DNA of 64,000 bases, from IMG/VR virus record IMGVR_UViG_3300042400_000613, positions 1 to 64,000 of that record, one strand, 5' to 3'. This DNA comes from a virus. A model generated the notes under the pieces. It saw nothing but the letters and a program-made list of their open reading frames with translations, ran no database searches and was not told the DNA's origin. The position numbers were made by a program, and so were the translations under genes. Positions 20,039-30,082 of this stretch are shown here, in pieces. Position 1 is the stretch's first letter. Every line of letters starts with the position of its first letter.

Positions 20039-21333
20039 TGGCATCTATTATATTTTTATCTCCGGATTTTACTTTCACTAAAGAATTGAATGAAAGATTT
20101 AAATCCATGGGTAATAAAGAAAGGTCTCCTGGGTATGTACGAGTACAGATGGAGGATAGACTAAAAGGATTATTGAAAAAGGAAACAGAAATAATAGAAA
20201 AAGAATTTAAATCTTCCATAAAAAACAAAAGAGGAGTAGATTCAAAAAAAAGCGTTAAAATAGTTACAAGTTTAGAAAATTTCTATAAAAATGCTGATTC
20301 TATTATAAAAAATAGTAAAATCATAATAGTATCTGATTTAGAAACTAGAAAATTATTCAGGAAAAAGTCTGCCCCCGGAGGTGTGAATAGAGATACTTTT
20401 ATAGCTAGATTAATAAAAGTAGGAGAAAGAAACAGTATAACAATAAGAAGTTATTTACTTCTTTATAAGTACGATATAGATAAGGTACTAAACGAAAGCT
20501 CTTTTGTCGATTTAGTATCAAATACAAGAGAGCAATATATAAAGAGTTCTGAATCAGGTCCTGGATTTAAAACACAAGTGGATAAAGGAGACAAAAGTAG
20601 TTTTATAGATTATGAATTAGGAGACGCATTAGCAAGCGCTCCCGCAGGAGTTTCTGAATATAGGGGAGTTGCTGATGTTTTAAAAAAAGAAGAAGAGGCA
20701 GACGAAGAAACTACAATAAACGAGGCAATACAAATACAAAAAAAAGCTAAGGCAAACGCTAAAATTCTATTTACCCCCACAGGTAATATGGTGAAAGATT
20801 TAAAAATAGCTATTGTAAATAAGTTGTTAATAAAAATAAAATACGTAAGTGATAGTAAATCCGAAGAATTAGCTACAGGAGTAAGATTAATAGAACCTGT
20901 AGCTTTGGGACAGTCTAAAAAAAGTCCTGCAAAAGGATTGGCTATAAGAGCCTGGTTAAAAAAAGGTGACACAAATAATCCCGAGGATAGACCGGGATGG
21001 AGATTTCTATATGTATCTAATATAAAAAGTATAGAATTTACAGGAGATGTTTTTAACTACAAAAGACCTTCTTATAATAGTGCAGGAGATAAGTGGATGT
21101 CATCAATATCTGTTATAGCTTCTTTTGACACTAAGAGAATATATGGAAAAGGCAGAAGAGCTGAAATTTATACATCTATGGTTGAAACATTAAGCATACT
21201 TATATCTTCTTCATCCGGCCCTCAATTAAGATCATACGTAAAAAAACTAAAAGAAATAAAGAGAAATCATGAAAATGGAAAACAAGTTTTAGGATACGCT
21301 GATAGAGAATTGTTGTACTCTTATTTTCCATAA
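20038..21333 (+). CDS. Protein with C-terminal WYL-like domain
   Basis: AIVNKLLIKIKY...GVRLIEPVALG...AIRAW...PGWRFLYVSNIKSIEFTGDVF follows the WYL (Sm/SH3-like) pattern at about 20800-21126. Confidence 0.6.
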   Translation: MASIIFLSPDFTFTKELNERFKSMGNKERSPGYVRVQMEDRLKGLLKKETEIIEKEFKSSIKNKRGVDSKKSVKIVTSLENFYKNADSIIKNSKIIIVSDLETRKLFRKKSAPGGVNRDTFIARLIKVGERNSITIRSYLLLYKYDIDKVLNESSFVDLVSNTREQYIKSSESGPGFKTQVDKGDKSSFIDYELGDALASAPAGVSEYRGVADVLKKEEEADEETTINEAIQIQKKAKANAKILFTPTGNMVKDLKIAIVNKLLIKIKYVSDSKSEELATGVRLIEPVALGQSKKSPAKGLAIRAWLKKGDTNNPEDRPGWRFLYVSNIKSIEFTGDVFNYKRPSYNSAGDKWMSSISVIASFDTKRIYGKGRRAEIYTSMVETLSILISSSSGPQLRSYVKKLKEIKRNHENGKQVLGYADRELLYSYFP

Positions 21334-21503
21334 AAAACGGTTTTTTGCCTTAATAATAAATAAAAATACACGTTTTATATAAAAAATAGCATTTTAGTAA
21401 AAAACAATAATATTTATTGATAATAATATCTTGTTTAATATAAGATTAAACGATTAAAAAATATATTTAAGATTTACAATAGTCTTACAATCAAAATAGT
21501 AAC

Positions 21504-22448
21504 ATGAACGATTTATTAAAATCCGCAATTGCCGATGCAAAAGCCATAAAAGATACGGCAATGCAAAATGCAAAAGCAACTCTTGAAGAGTCAATTTTCT
21601 ACAAAGTATCTCCACTTCTTGAAAGTAATCATGAAAATGACAAAGAAGAAGAAGAAGATGTGAAGGAGGAATATGGTTCTTCTAAGTCTCCTAAATTCGA
21701 AAAAGGAAAAAAACCTGACTTCGGAAAAAGACCTAATATGGAAGCCAAAGAAGAGGGCGAAGAAGAAGTAGAAGAGGCTTATGACAACGAAGAAGAAGAA
21801 GGTGGTAAAGAGCAAGAAAATGAATCTGCTTCTTTAGAAGAAATCCTAGCTGAATTAGAAGAAGAATTAAAATCTTCTAACATTGGAACTGGGGACAACA
21901 AAATGGACAATTACGACAGCGATACAGAAGACCCTCAAGGTCCTAAGTATTTTAGCCGTAACGAAGTTATGGGTGCTCTAGAGTCTATGTTTTCACAAGC
22001 TATTGGAGAAGGAGAAGAAGAAGAAGGTGATGGCGAGAAAGAAAATAAAGATATGAAACGGATGCAAAACGAATTAAAAGAAGCTTATGAAGTTGTAAAT
22101 CAACTCAAAGGAATGCTTCAAGAAGTTAATCTGTTGAATTCTAAATTACTTTACACATCTAAACTTTTCCGTAACTACGCTTTATCAGAAAATCAGAAAA
22201 AAGATATTTTAGAAAACTTTGAGCGTGTAGTAACAATCAGAGAGGCTAAATTATTATATTCTACTTACGCTAAAGTACATGAAGGTGTAGACGCAAGTAA
22301 AGGTAAAAAATCTAAAAATATTACCGAATCTTTTGCTTCAAAACCAACTAACAGCACAGCTCCTTCTGCTGCTACTAAATCAAATATTGTAAACGAATCA
22401 AACAATCTACGTGCAAGATTACAAGAACTTGCAGGTATAATTAAGTAA
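21504..22448 (+). CDS. Prohead scaffold/core protein (T4 gp22-like)
   Basis: Very acidic and coiled-coil-like; EVNLLNSKLLY; ends RLQELAGII; lies immediately before the capsid gene. Confidence 0.75.
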   Translation: MNDLLKSAIADAKAIKDTAMQNAKATLEESIFYKVSPLLESNHENDKEEEEDVKEEYGSSKSPKFEKGKKPDFGKRPNMEAKEEGEEEVEEAYDNEEEEGGKEQENESASLEEILAELEEELKSSNIGTGDNKMDNYDSDTEDPQGPKYFSRNEVMGALESMFSQAIGEGEEEEGDGEKENKDMKRMQNELKEAYEVVNQLKGMLQEVNLLNSKLLYTSKLFRNYALSENQKKDILENFERVVTIREAKLLYSTYAKVHEGVDASKGKKSKNITESFASKPTNSTAPSAATKSNIVNESNNLRARLQELAGIIK

Positions 22449-22452
22449 AAAT

Positions 22453-24096
22453 ATGGGAAATTTAGACCACATGCTTCCGCATGACTATAACAGGACACAA
22501 AAAGCGGAGGCGATGAAATACATAACCAAGTGGGAACCCACTGGTTTACTTGAGGGCTTGGATGAGAAAAGAGAGAAACCGCACTTAGCAGTACTTTTGG
22601 AAAATCAAGCTCGCCAAATCGTAACAGAAGCTAACAGAACTGGTACTGCTTCTAATTCGGAAGAATGGGCAGGTGTAGCACTACCTTTAGTACGAAGAAT
22701 TTTCTCTTCTATTGCGGCTAAAGATTTTGTTAGCATTCAGCCGATGAACCTACCTTCAGGTCTAGTATTCTTCTTAGACTTCAAATACGGTACATCACAG
22801 CCAGGATTCTTTGCTAATCAAGGTAAAAATTCTCAGAAAGACTCACTATTTGGTATTACTGATTCAGATAAGGGAGGTACAGCAGGTACTCAAGGTCTTT
22901 ACGGTGCTGGAAGATTTAGCTATTCTATTAATGACTATTCAAGTTCTACTCTGTCTTTCACAGGTAGTATAAATAGAATTAATACCACTAAGTTCTTTAC
23001 AGGATCTGTTAACATGACTTCTGATATTAACTACGATACTAACTTCTCTGCATCATACAAGAGCAATACAAAGTTACGTAAAGTATTTGTATCTACTGAC
23101 TCTGTTTCAGGATTTGATCCACTAGGAGTTAGAGCATTTACAGTAACAGGAACTAACATTAACGATACATTCCAACAGTTTACGTCTTATGACTTGACTA
23201 ACAATAGAATCGTATTCATTGTTTCTGGTTCTACTACAATATCTAACGTAAAAGTAAATTACCACAAACAACCTACCGACCTTACTAGAGGTGACTTCGA
23301 AGAGGGTAAAACTCAAGCGGGAGGTAATAAAGAAGATTTACCAATTCCGGAAATCAATTTGGAAATGCGCTCCGAGGCCATTACGTCTAAAACACGTAAG
23401 CTAAAAGCTAAATGGACACCGGAATTCGCGCAGGATCTTAACGCATACCACTCTATTGATGCAGAAGCGGAATTAACTTCTATGCTTTCTGAATATATTT
23501 CTCAGGAAATTGATTTGGAAATTTTAGATATGTTAGTTTCTGAAGCTCAGACAGTAGAAAGATGGTCAGCAAGGATTGGATTCCAGTATGATCCGGGTTC
23601 AGCTAATTTCACAAATGCAGCTACAACTGGTCAATTCTACAATCAAGGCACTTGGTTCCAGACAATCGGAACTAAAATGCAAAAAGTATCTAACGAAATT
23701 CACCGATTAACCATGAGAGGTGGTGCTAACTTTATTGTTACATCTCCAACGATTGCTACTATCCTTGAATCAATCCCAGGATACGCAGCTGACACTAATG
23801 GTGATCAAGCTAAATTTGCAATGGGTGTACAGAAAGTAGGTTTGTTAAATAGCAGATTTACTGTATACAAGAATCCATATATGACTGAGAACTTATTGTT
23901 AATGGGCTATAGAGGCGCTCAATTCCTAGAAACAGGAGCTGTTTACGCACCATACATTCCGTTAATTATGACTCCTCTAGTATACGATCCGGAAAACTTC
24001 ACTCCAAGAAAAGGTATCATGACGAGATATGCTAAGAAAATGGTTCGTCCTGAGTACTACGGAAAGATTTATGTTCACGGATTAGATTCTCTATAA
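22453..24096 (+). CDS. Major capsid protein (T4 gp23-like)
   Basis: KWEPTGLLEGL, LLENQ, LPLVRR, IQPMNLPSGLVF, KTRKLKAKWTPEFAQDLNAYHSIDAEAEL, YAPYIPL, FTPRKGIMTRY. Confidence 0.97.
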   Translation: MGNLDHMLPHDYNRTQKAEAMKYITKWEPTGLLEGLDEKREKPHLAVLLENQARQIVTEANRTGTASNSEEWAGVALPLVRRIFSSIAAKDFVSIQPMNLPSGLVFFLDFKYGTSQPGFFANQGKNSQKDSLFGITDSDKGGTAGTQGLYGAGRFSYSINDYSSSTLSFTGSINRINTTKFFTGSVNMTSDINYDTNFSASYKSNTKLRKVFVSTDSVSGFDPLGVRAFTVTGTNINDTFQQFTSYDLTNNRIVFIVSGSTTISNVKVNYHKQPTDLTRGDFEEGKTQAGGNKEDLPIPEINLEMRSEAITSKTRKLKAKWTPEFAQDLNAYHSIDAEAELTSMLSEYISQEIDLEILDMLVSEAQTVERWSARIGFQYDPGSANFTNAATTGQFYNQGTWFQTIGTKMQKVSNEIHRLTMRGGANFIVTSPTIATILESIPGYAADTNGDQAKFAMGVQKVGLLNSRFTVYKNPYMTENLLLMGYRGAQFLETGAVYAPYIPLIMTPLVYDPENFTPRKGIMTRYAKKMVRPEYYGKIYVHGLDSL

Positions 24097-24126
24097 TATT
24101 AAAGTGTTCATAATTTATTGATATAC

Positions 24127-24158
24127 AGGCGGGGCTTCTAAAAAGCCCCGCCTTTTTT
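24127..24158 (+). terminator. Rho-independent terminator after the capsid gene
   Basis: AGGCGGGGCTT-ctaaa-AAGCCCCGCCT followed by a T-run. Confidence 0.9.
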
Positions 24159-24208
24159 ATTTAGACTGAACTTAATCTATATCTACTTTGTTTTAAAAAA
24201 TAAAAATC

Positions 24209-24475
24209 ATGACAAACGTAAACAGAAAAATTAAAGATTTAAAAAAGATTGATGAGAAAATTAATGATTTAGGAAAAGCATTACTAGAAAATCCGGATAA
24301 AGAAGCTTATATAAATCAAAAATTAAATGCATTATCAAATGAAAAAACATTGATTGAAAAATTTTTATCTAATATTAATTACCTGTACATTCATAAAACC
24401 ATTGACGATCCTTATATTAAATTAAAAAGATCTCCTGCTGTAAAAAAAGATGGCAACTATATTAGCAAATACTAA
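24209..24475 (+). CDS. Hypothetical protein
   Basis: 88-aa ORF with A-rich leader. Confidence 0.5.
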   Translation: MTNVNRKIKDLKKIDEKINDLGKALLENPDKEAYINQKLNALSNEKTLIEKFLSNINYLYIHKTIDDPYIKLKRSPAVKKDGNYISKY

Positions 24476-24486
24476 ATTGTAAAACG

Positions 24487-24500
24487 TATTTATTATAAAA
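24487..24500 (+). promoter_or_regulatory. Candidate phage promoter motif TATTTAT(T)-N-TAAA (representative copy)
   Basis: Intergenic copies at 18184, 21411, 24487, 27486, 30017, 33345 and 49742, each upstream of a gene start. Confidence 0.45.
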
Positions 24501-24505
24501 ACTAC

Positions 24506-25171
24506 ATGGCGGAAAACACAGAAAAGAGGTTGCCGAAGAATCCGGTAAAATTTGATATCCAATTATCAAACGACCAAAAAGAAGCTAAAGACAAAATATT
24601 AATGCACCCTGTTAATTTTGTCTTAGGTAAACCCGGGAGTGGCAAAACACTACTTGCAACTCAGATAGCTCTTGATAAGTTTTTTAGGAGAGAAATAAAT
24701 AAGATAGTCATTACTAGACCTATGGTTGCTACCGAAGAAATGGGATTTTTACCCGGAACATTTGAAGAAAAATTAGAGCCGTGGATAGTTCCTATAAAAG
24801 ACAACATATCTAAAGCATACGCGAAGCAATCAGCGGTAGAAAGATTATATAGTGACAAATCCGTTGAACTCGTTTCTTTAGCTCACTTTAGAGGTAGAAC
24901 TTTTGACGACGCTATTTGTATTATAGATGAATTTCAGAACTTGACAAAAGAGCAGCTCTCCATGTGCATAAGCCGATTAGGTAAAAACACAATCATGATA
25001 TTTACAGGAGACGAAAATCAGATAGATTTAAAACATAAAGAACAATCTGCAATTAAGCTAGTACCTATAGTTGATCAGAGCAAATATGTTAATTGCGTAA
25101 GGCTTTCCACTAATCACAGACACGAAGCATTAGATGATATATTTAAGTATTTATATCCTAACTCACTGTAA
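24506..25171 (+). CDS. phoH: PhoH-like ATPase
   Basis: GKPGSGKT, ITRPMV, MGFLPG, HFRGRTF, IIDEFQN, SRLG, TGDENQIDL, NHRH. Confidence 0.92.
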   Translation: MAENTEKRLPKNPVKFDIQLSNDQKEAKDKILMHPVNFVLGKPGSGKTLLATQIALDKFFRREINKIVITRPMVATEEMGFLPGTFEEKLEPWIVPIKDNISKAYAKQSAVERLYSDKSVELVSLAHFRGRTFDDAICIIDEFQNLTKEQLSMCISRLGKNTIMIFTGDENQIDLKHKEQSAIKLVPIVDQSKYVNCVRLSTNHRHEALDDIFKYLYPNSL

Positions 25172-25174
25172 TTT

Positions 25175-27457
25175 ATGATAATTAAGTTATATGTTGGATA
25201 CTACTCTCAATTTCATGCCAGCGGAGATAACTTCGCTGGCACTGAATGGGCCTTACGTCATCTTGCAGAGGCTTTTGCATCATTAGGTCACGAAGTATAT
25301 ATAACGGGAGACATAGTGCAGGAGAACGCTTTAAATGGCGTTATTTACTCGAAGGATTATAATGTAGAATCCGATATTCTAATTGCTCTAAATTACACTC
25401 ACTACATAGATTTAATATCAGAGGATAGTTACGATAAATCTTATTTTTGGATACATAACACAGACCCTTTCTTCTACAATTTCTATAAGGGAGAGGATGT
25501 TGATAATTTACAAGACAAAGTATTTAATCATCCTAAATTTGAAAGTGTTATTTGTGTATCTAAGTATCATAAGGGAGAATTTGACAAACATTTTCCGAAT
25601 GTCCCTTCTATCATGTTATACAATGCAGTAAAACATATAGAAAAGTCAGATAAATTAATTATTGATGATTCTTACATCTATATATCGCATGCAGAAAGGG
25701 GATTAAGAGAGATATTGATACATTGGAGACAGATTTTATATCATCGACCTCAATCATCTTTATACATAGTAACGCCAAAATACGGAGAAAAATTCTATGA
25801 GAAGCATTTTTCTTATGTTAAAAGCACGTATAAAAATGTGTACTATCATGGATCTATGAGTAAAGATGCTTTAATGACTTTTGCGAGTAATAAAAAGTAT
25901 TGGTTATATCCTTCTAATTATGATGAGACATTTTGTGTATCTGCTGTTGAAATGCAAATGTTAGGATTGATTCCTATAACAAGATTAAGAGCAGGATTAA
26001 AAGAAACTGTATTTAATTATATTGATTTTGATTCATGGTTATCATGTGTATTGTCTAATGATAATTTTAAAATGCTTACTAATTCATCTACATCAAATTT
26101 AAATGTATATGATGCTTTTAATCCTAAAATGATTGCTAAAGAATTTATAAATATTAATGTCATGGAAAATAAATTAAAGATAGATGCTGTCTATGTGATT
26201 ACTTTTGATGTATCTGATGAAGCTATTAATAGATACACCGCCGAATTTAATAAACTAGGTATCATACCGGGTGAGTTTCATTTATTTAAAGCTATAGATG
26301 GTAGAAATGTTAAAGTAGATTTTGATTGGTCTTTATACAATAGTTGGAAAATAGATAATCATAGTAATTCATATTATAACCGAGATATATTGCCTGGAGA
26401 GATTGGATGTGCTTTATCTCATTTATCTGTATGGAAAGATGCTAAAAAGAAAAATTATGATTCTATTTTAATTTTAGAGGATGATTTTAAAGTAAATGGA
26501 GAGTTCCCCGCGAAAGAAATAGCATTATACGATTGGGGACTATTATACTTAGGAAGACAAAAAATCGGCGGGGACATAGACATACAAAATGAATTATACG
26601 TACATCCAGGATACTCATGGTTATCTCATGCCTACATGTTATCAAAAGTAGGAATACAAAGAATAATAGAACAGAACTTTGAAAAATACATCTTACCAGT
26701 AGATGACTTCATAGCATCAACATACTCAAACAACAATGAAAGATTAGATTTAACATTTATATGGAAAGACATGAATGCATATAGTTTAAAAGAATCTATA
26801 GTAAGTCAAACAAGTAATGCAAAAACAAGTAAAACATCAAGTAATTCATTTGCATCTAACATCTATCTAACAAAAGATGTAGATAAATGGTCATCCATGT
26901 ACATCAATCCTGCATTAAAGAATAAAGAATATGATTTAATTGTAGATGAACCCATACCTGATGTCTTACATTTACATGCATTTAAAAAAGAATTTTGCAA
27001 TGAAGTCATAAGATTAGCAGAAGAATGTGGAAAATGGACAAAAGATAGACATTATTATTATCCAACTCATGACATGTTAATCAATGAATTTCAATTACAT
27101 GATGCTTATGACATGTTTTTAAATACTTACATATATCCCCTCGTAAAATCTAATTTTGTACTTACCGGAGATAAATGGAAGAAATTTAGCTCTGAAAACT
27201 TTATTATAAAATACACACCGGAAAATCAAGGGCATTTATCTCTACACCATGATGATTCTGCATTCTCTACCGTACTTACTTTGAATGATGAATACGAGGG
27301 AGGAGGTACATGGTTTTCAAAACAAAAGAAATTAGTTAAAGGAGAAGTAGGTGAGTTAACAATACATCCGGGACAGATAACACATAGGCATGGTGCAAGA
27401 CCTGTAACTTCCGGAGTTAGATATGTTCTCGTATCCTTTATAAGACAAGTATATTAA
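25175..27457 (+). CDS. Three-domain enzyme: GT4-like (GT-B) glycosyltransferase + GT25 (COLGALT-like) glycosyltransferase + PLOD-like 2OG-Fe(II) lysyl hydroxylase
   Basis: N-terminal GTEWAL...LGHEV and [15 protein letters not shown] (E-x7-E); middle (from about 26162) AIDG, [38 protein letters not shown]; C-terminal DEPIPDV...FC...PTHD...[21 protein letters not shown]...YEGGGTWF...[10 protein letters not shown]...GVRYVLVSF. Confidence 0.85.
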   Translation: [760 protein letters not shown]

Positions 27458-27504
27458 AAAGTGAAATAAAAGACTTTTTTAATACTATTTATTGTAAACA
27501 GCAG

Positions 27505-28665
27505 ATGGCAGTTCACATACCTATTTGGCCTGGAAGTGGTAGCGCAGTATCTGGATCTACACCTTTCGGAATATTTGACAAAGATAGAAATTTTCAAAAG
27601 GACGCCCCTAAAGTAGCCGTATGGTGCGCTAGAAGATTAGGATATCCTCTTAGTGACGTGGAATTACAAGATATAAACTTCTACACCGCTTTTGAAGAGT
27701 CTATATCCGAGTATAGCAATCAAGTTAATGCTCACTCTGCTAAAGACAATATACTAGGATTAATGGGATTCAATACCGGTTCCCTTAGATTAGAAAAAGA
27801 ATTAGTTACCAATTCAATAGCAGGCGTATTAGAAATATCTGCGGAATACGGTACAGAGATTGGAGTAGGAGGCAGAACCACATATTATACTGGCTCTATA
27901 TTGGTAAAAGAGGGGAAACAAGTTTATAGCCTATTAGACCCCACTAAAGTTTCATTAGAATCCGGTAATCCCGCTACAGACAAATTCGTAATAAGAAAAA
28001 TGTTTCACAATGCACCACCGGCTATTGTAAAATACTTTGACCCCTTTGTAGGAACAGGATTAGGTAGCCAAAACTTACTTGACCAATTTGGATTCGGTAA
28101 TTTTAGCCCCGGAGTTAATTTCTTATTAATGCCTATGCACCATGATATTCTTAGGATGCAGGCGATAGAATTTAATGACCAAATAAGAAAATCTGCATAC
28201 GGCTTCGAGATAATTAATAATAGAATAAGAATATTCCCTACACCGGTTAGAGAATACAAAATTTGGTTTGAATACACTTTAGATTCCGAATACAAAAATG
28301 CGAATAAAGGAGGTACAGGTAAAATAAATAGCCATGCTACTATTCCTTATTTCACTCTACCTTATTCTAGTATCAATGACATAGGTAAACAGTGGATAAA
28401 AAAATATACGCTTGTCCTATCTAAAGAAATGCTTGCTTATGTTAGAGGTAAGTACAAGACTTTACCCGGACTAGAGGACGATATTGTTTTAAATACTGAA
28501 GATTTAATGTATTCGGTAAATGAGGAGAAACAAAGATTAATAGATGTTCTTAGGATAGAGTTAGATCAATTTAGCCGTCAATCCCAATTAGAAAGAAAGA
28601 TGGCAGAATCCGAAGCTCATGAAAAATTTTTAGCAGTAATTCCACTTAAAATATACGTAGGATAA
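27505..28665 (+). CDS. Neck/head-tail adaptor protein (T4 gp13-like)
   Basis: RRLGYPLSDVEL and WIKKYTLVLSKEMLAYVRGKY; first gene of the neck/tail block. Confidence 0.75.
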   Translation: MAVHIPIWPGSGSAVSGSTPFGIFDKDRNFQKDAPKVAVWCARRLGYPLSDVELQDINFYTAFEESISEYSNQVNAHSAKDNILGLMGFNTGSLRLEKELVTNSIAGVLEISAEYGTEIGVGGRTTYYTGSILVKEGKQVYSLLDPTKVSLESGNPATDKFVIRKMFHNAPPAIVKYFDPFVGTGLGSQNLLDQFGFGNFSPGVNFLLMPMHHDILRMQAIEFNDQIRKSAYGFEIINNRIRIFPTPVREYKIWFEYTLDSEYKNANKGGTGKINSHATIPYFTLPYSSINDIGKQWIKKYTLVLSKEMLAYVRGKYKTLPGLEDDIVLNTEDLMYSVNEEKQRLIDVLRIELDQFSRQSQLERKMAESEAHEKFLAVIPLKIYVG

Positions 28666-29201
28666 TGGCACTATTTGGAAGTGGTAGAGATGCTTCTTTA
28701 GTTAGGAGTATAAACAGAGAAAGAGTGAATAAAGTGATGGCCTTAGAGGTTGAACTTTATAAATTATCTAGGGAAGATACTAGAGAGAACATATATAGAG
28801 AAGCACCTAGTAAAGTATTCTATAATGCTACTAGACTAAACTGTATCATAAAAAGAGGTACCAAAGAAACTATCGACACTGACTTTGGATTGGATTTTGA
28901 AAGAGAAGCTACATTTTACTTTTTAAGAGATGATTTATTAGAGAGAGACTTGGTTATAGAACCCGGCGACTATGTATTCTTTGATATGGATTTTTATGAA
29001 CTAAACAATGTATTCTCTGATAATGCATGGTTTGGAAGAAATCCTGAAACATATATACCCCATGTCTTAGGAGAAGAATCTGAATTTGGTTATAATATAT
29101 CAGTCATAGCGCAAGCACACTTAAGTAGAAAAACAAACTTAACTACCACTGATTATAGGTCCGGAATTAATGACGCGTATGATGAACTAAACAAATATTA
29201 A
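28665..29201 (+). CDS. Neck/head-closure protein (T4 gp14-like)
   Basis: ENIYREA...FGLDFER...IEPGDYV; synteny. Confidence 0.6.
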   Translation: MALFGSGRDASLVRSINRERVNKVMALEVELYKLSREDTRENIYREAPSKVFYNATRLNCIIKRGTKETIDTDFGLDFEREATFYFLRDDLLERDLVIEPGDYVFFDMDFYELNNVFSDNAWFGRNPETYIPHVLGEESEFGYNISVIAQAHLSRKTNLTTTDYRSGINDAYDELNKY

Positions 29202-29202
29202 A

Positions 29203-29979
29203 ATGGCTAAATCTACGATAAATCCTACGGTATATAATCAACTCTATAGAAATCAAGTAAATAGAGGAGAGCAGACTAGAGAAGACGATGATTACATTAA
29301 GATTCCTGAAATTACAATATATGATGTAGATTACTCTATACTTCAATACATTAGAAATAACATCAAACCTGAAGTTCAAGATAGAGATAGAATGATTGAT
29401 GTTCCTGTGATGTATGGTAGCGGAGAACTCTGGTCTCAAATTCAATCAAATGGTTTTATGCGAGATGAAAAAAACAAACTTCTTTGTCCTGTAATTACAT
29501 TATCTCGGACAAGAATGGAAGAATATAAAGCCTTCGCTAAGTTAGATGTAAACAACAGAGTTTCTAGCAGGGTATATTACAGAGATGGGTACACTCAAAA
29601 TAATGCCCGGTATGGATCTAACAATAGGGGCAATACAGATTTACCACAAAAAGAAGTCTACATATCTATAATTCCTGAATACTACTATGTGTACTATGAT
29701 TTAAGCATTTGGACAGATTTTAATGAACAGTTAAATAAAGTAATAGAGCAATTTATACCTGTCAATAATTTTGTGTGGGGAAATGATTATCAATTTGTTA
29801 CACACATCGAAGATTTTACATTTTCCGCAGTAAATATATCAAAACAAGAAAGAATTGTAAAAGCATCTACAAGATTAAGAGTATTAGCTACACTCATGCC
29901 AGCATTTGTAGAGAGAAAATCATCTATTCAAAAAGCATTATCTATTAAAAAGGTAGCAATGTCAGAAAGATTAACGTAA
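29203..29979 (+). CDS. Tail terminator/sheath stabiliser (T4 gp15-like)
   Basis: IDVPVMYGSGELW, PVITLSR, PEYYYVYYDLSIWT...QLNKVIEQF; precedes the sheath. Confidence 0.65.
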   Translation: MAKSTINPTVYNQLYRNQVNRGEQTREDDDYIKIPEITIYDVDYSILQYIRNNIKPEVQDRDRMIDVPVMYGSGELWSQIQSNGFMRDEKNKLLCPVITLSRTRMEEYKAFAKLDVNNRVSSRVYYRDGYTQNNARYGSNNRGNTDLPQKEVYISIIPEYYYVYYDLSIWTDFNEQLNKVIEQFIPVNNFVWGNDYQFVTHIEDFTFSAVNISKQERIVKASTRLRVLATLMPAFVERKSSIQKALSIKKVAMSERLT

Positions 29980-30082
29980 TTTCATATTTTTTTAATTGTT
30001 TGAGATTTTTAAAACATATTTATAACAAATGAGAATTTATTAATAATTCTTGGTATAATATTTAATTGACAAAAACAAAAAA

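Noticed and set aside
26501-26574. GAGTTCCCCGCG ... GCGGGGA resembles the type I-E CRISPR repeat
   Set aside because: Only a 12-nt partial match, single copy, inside a coding region; no array and no cas operon.
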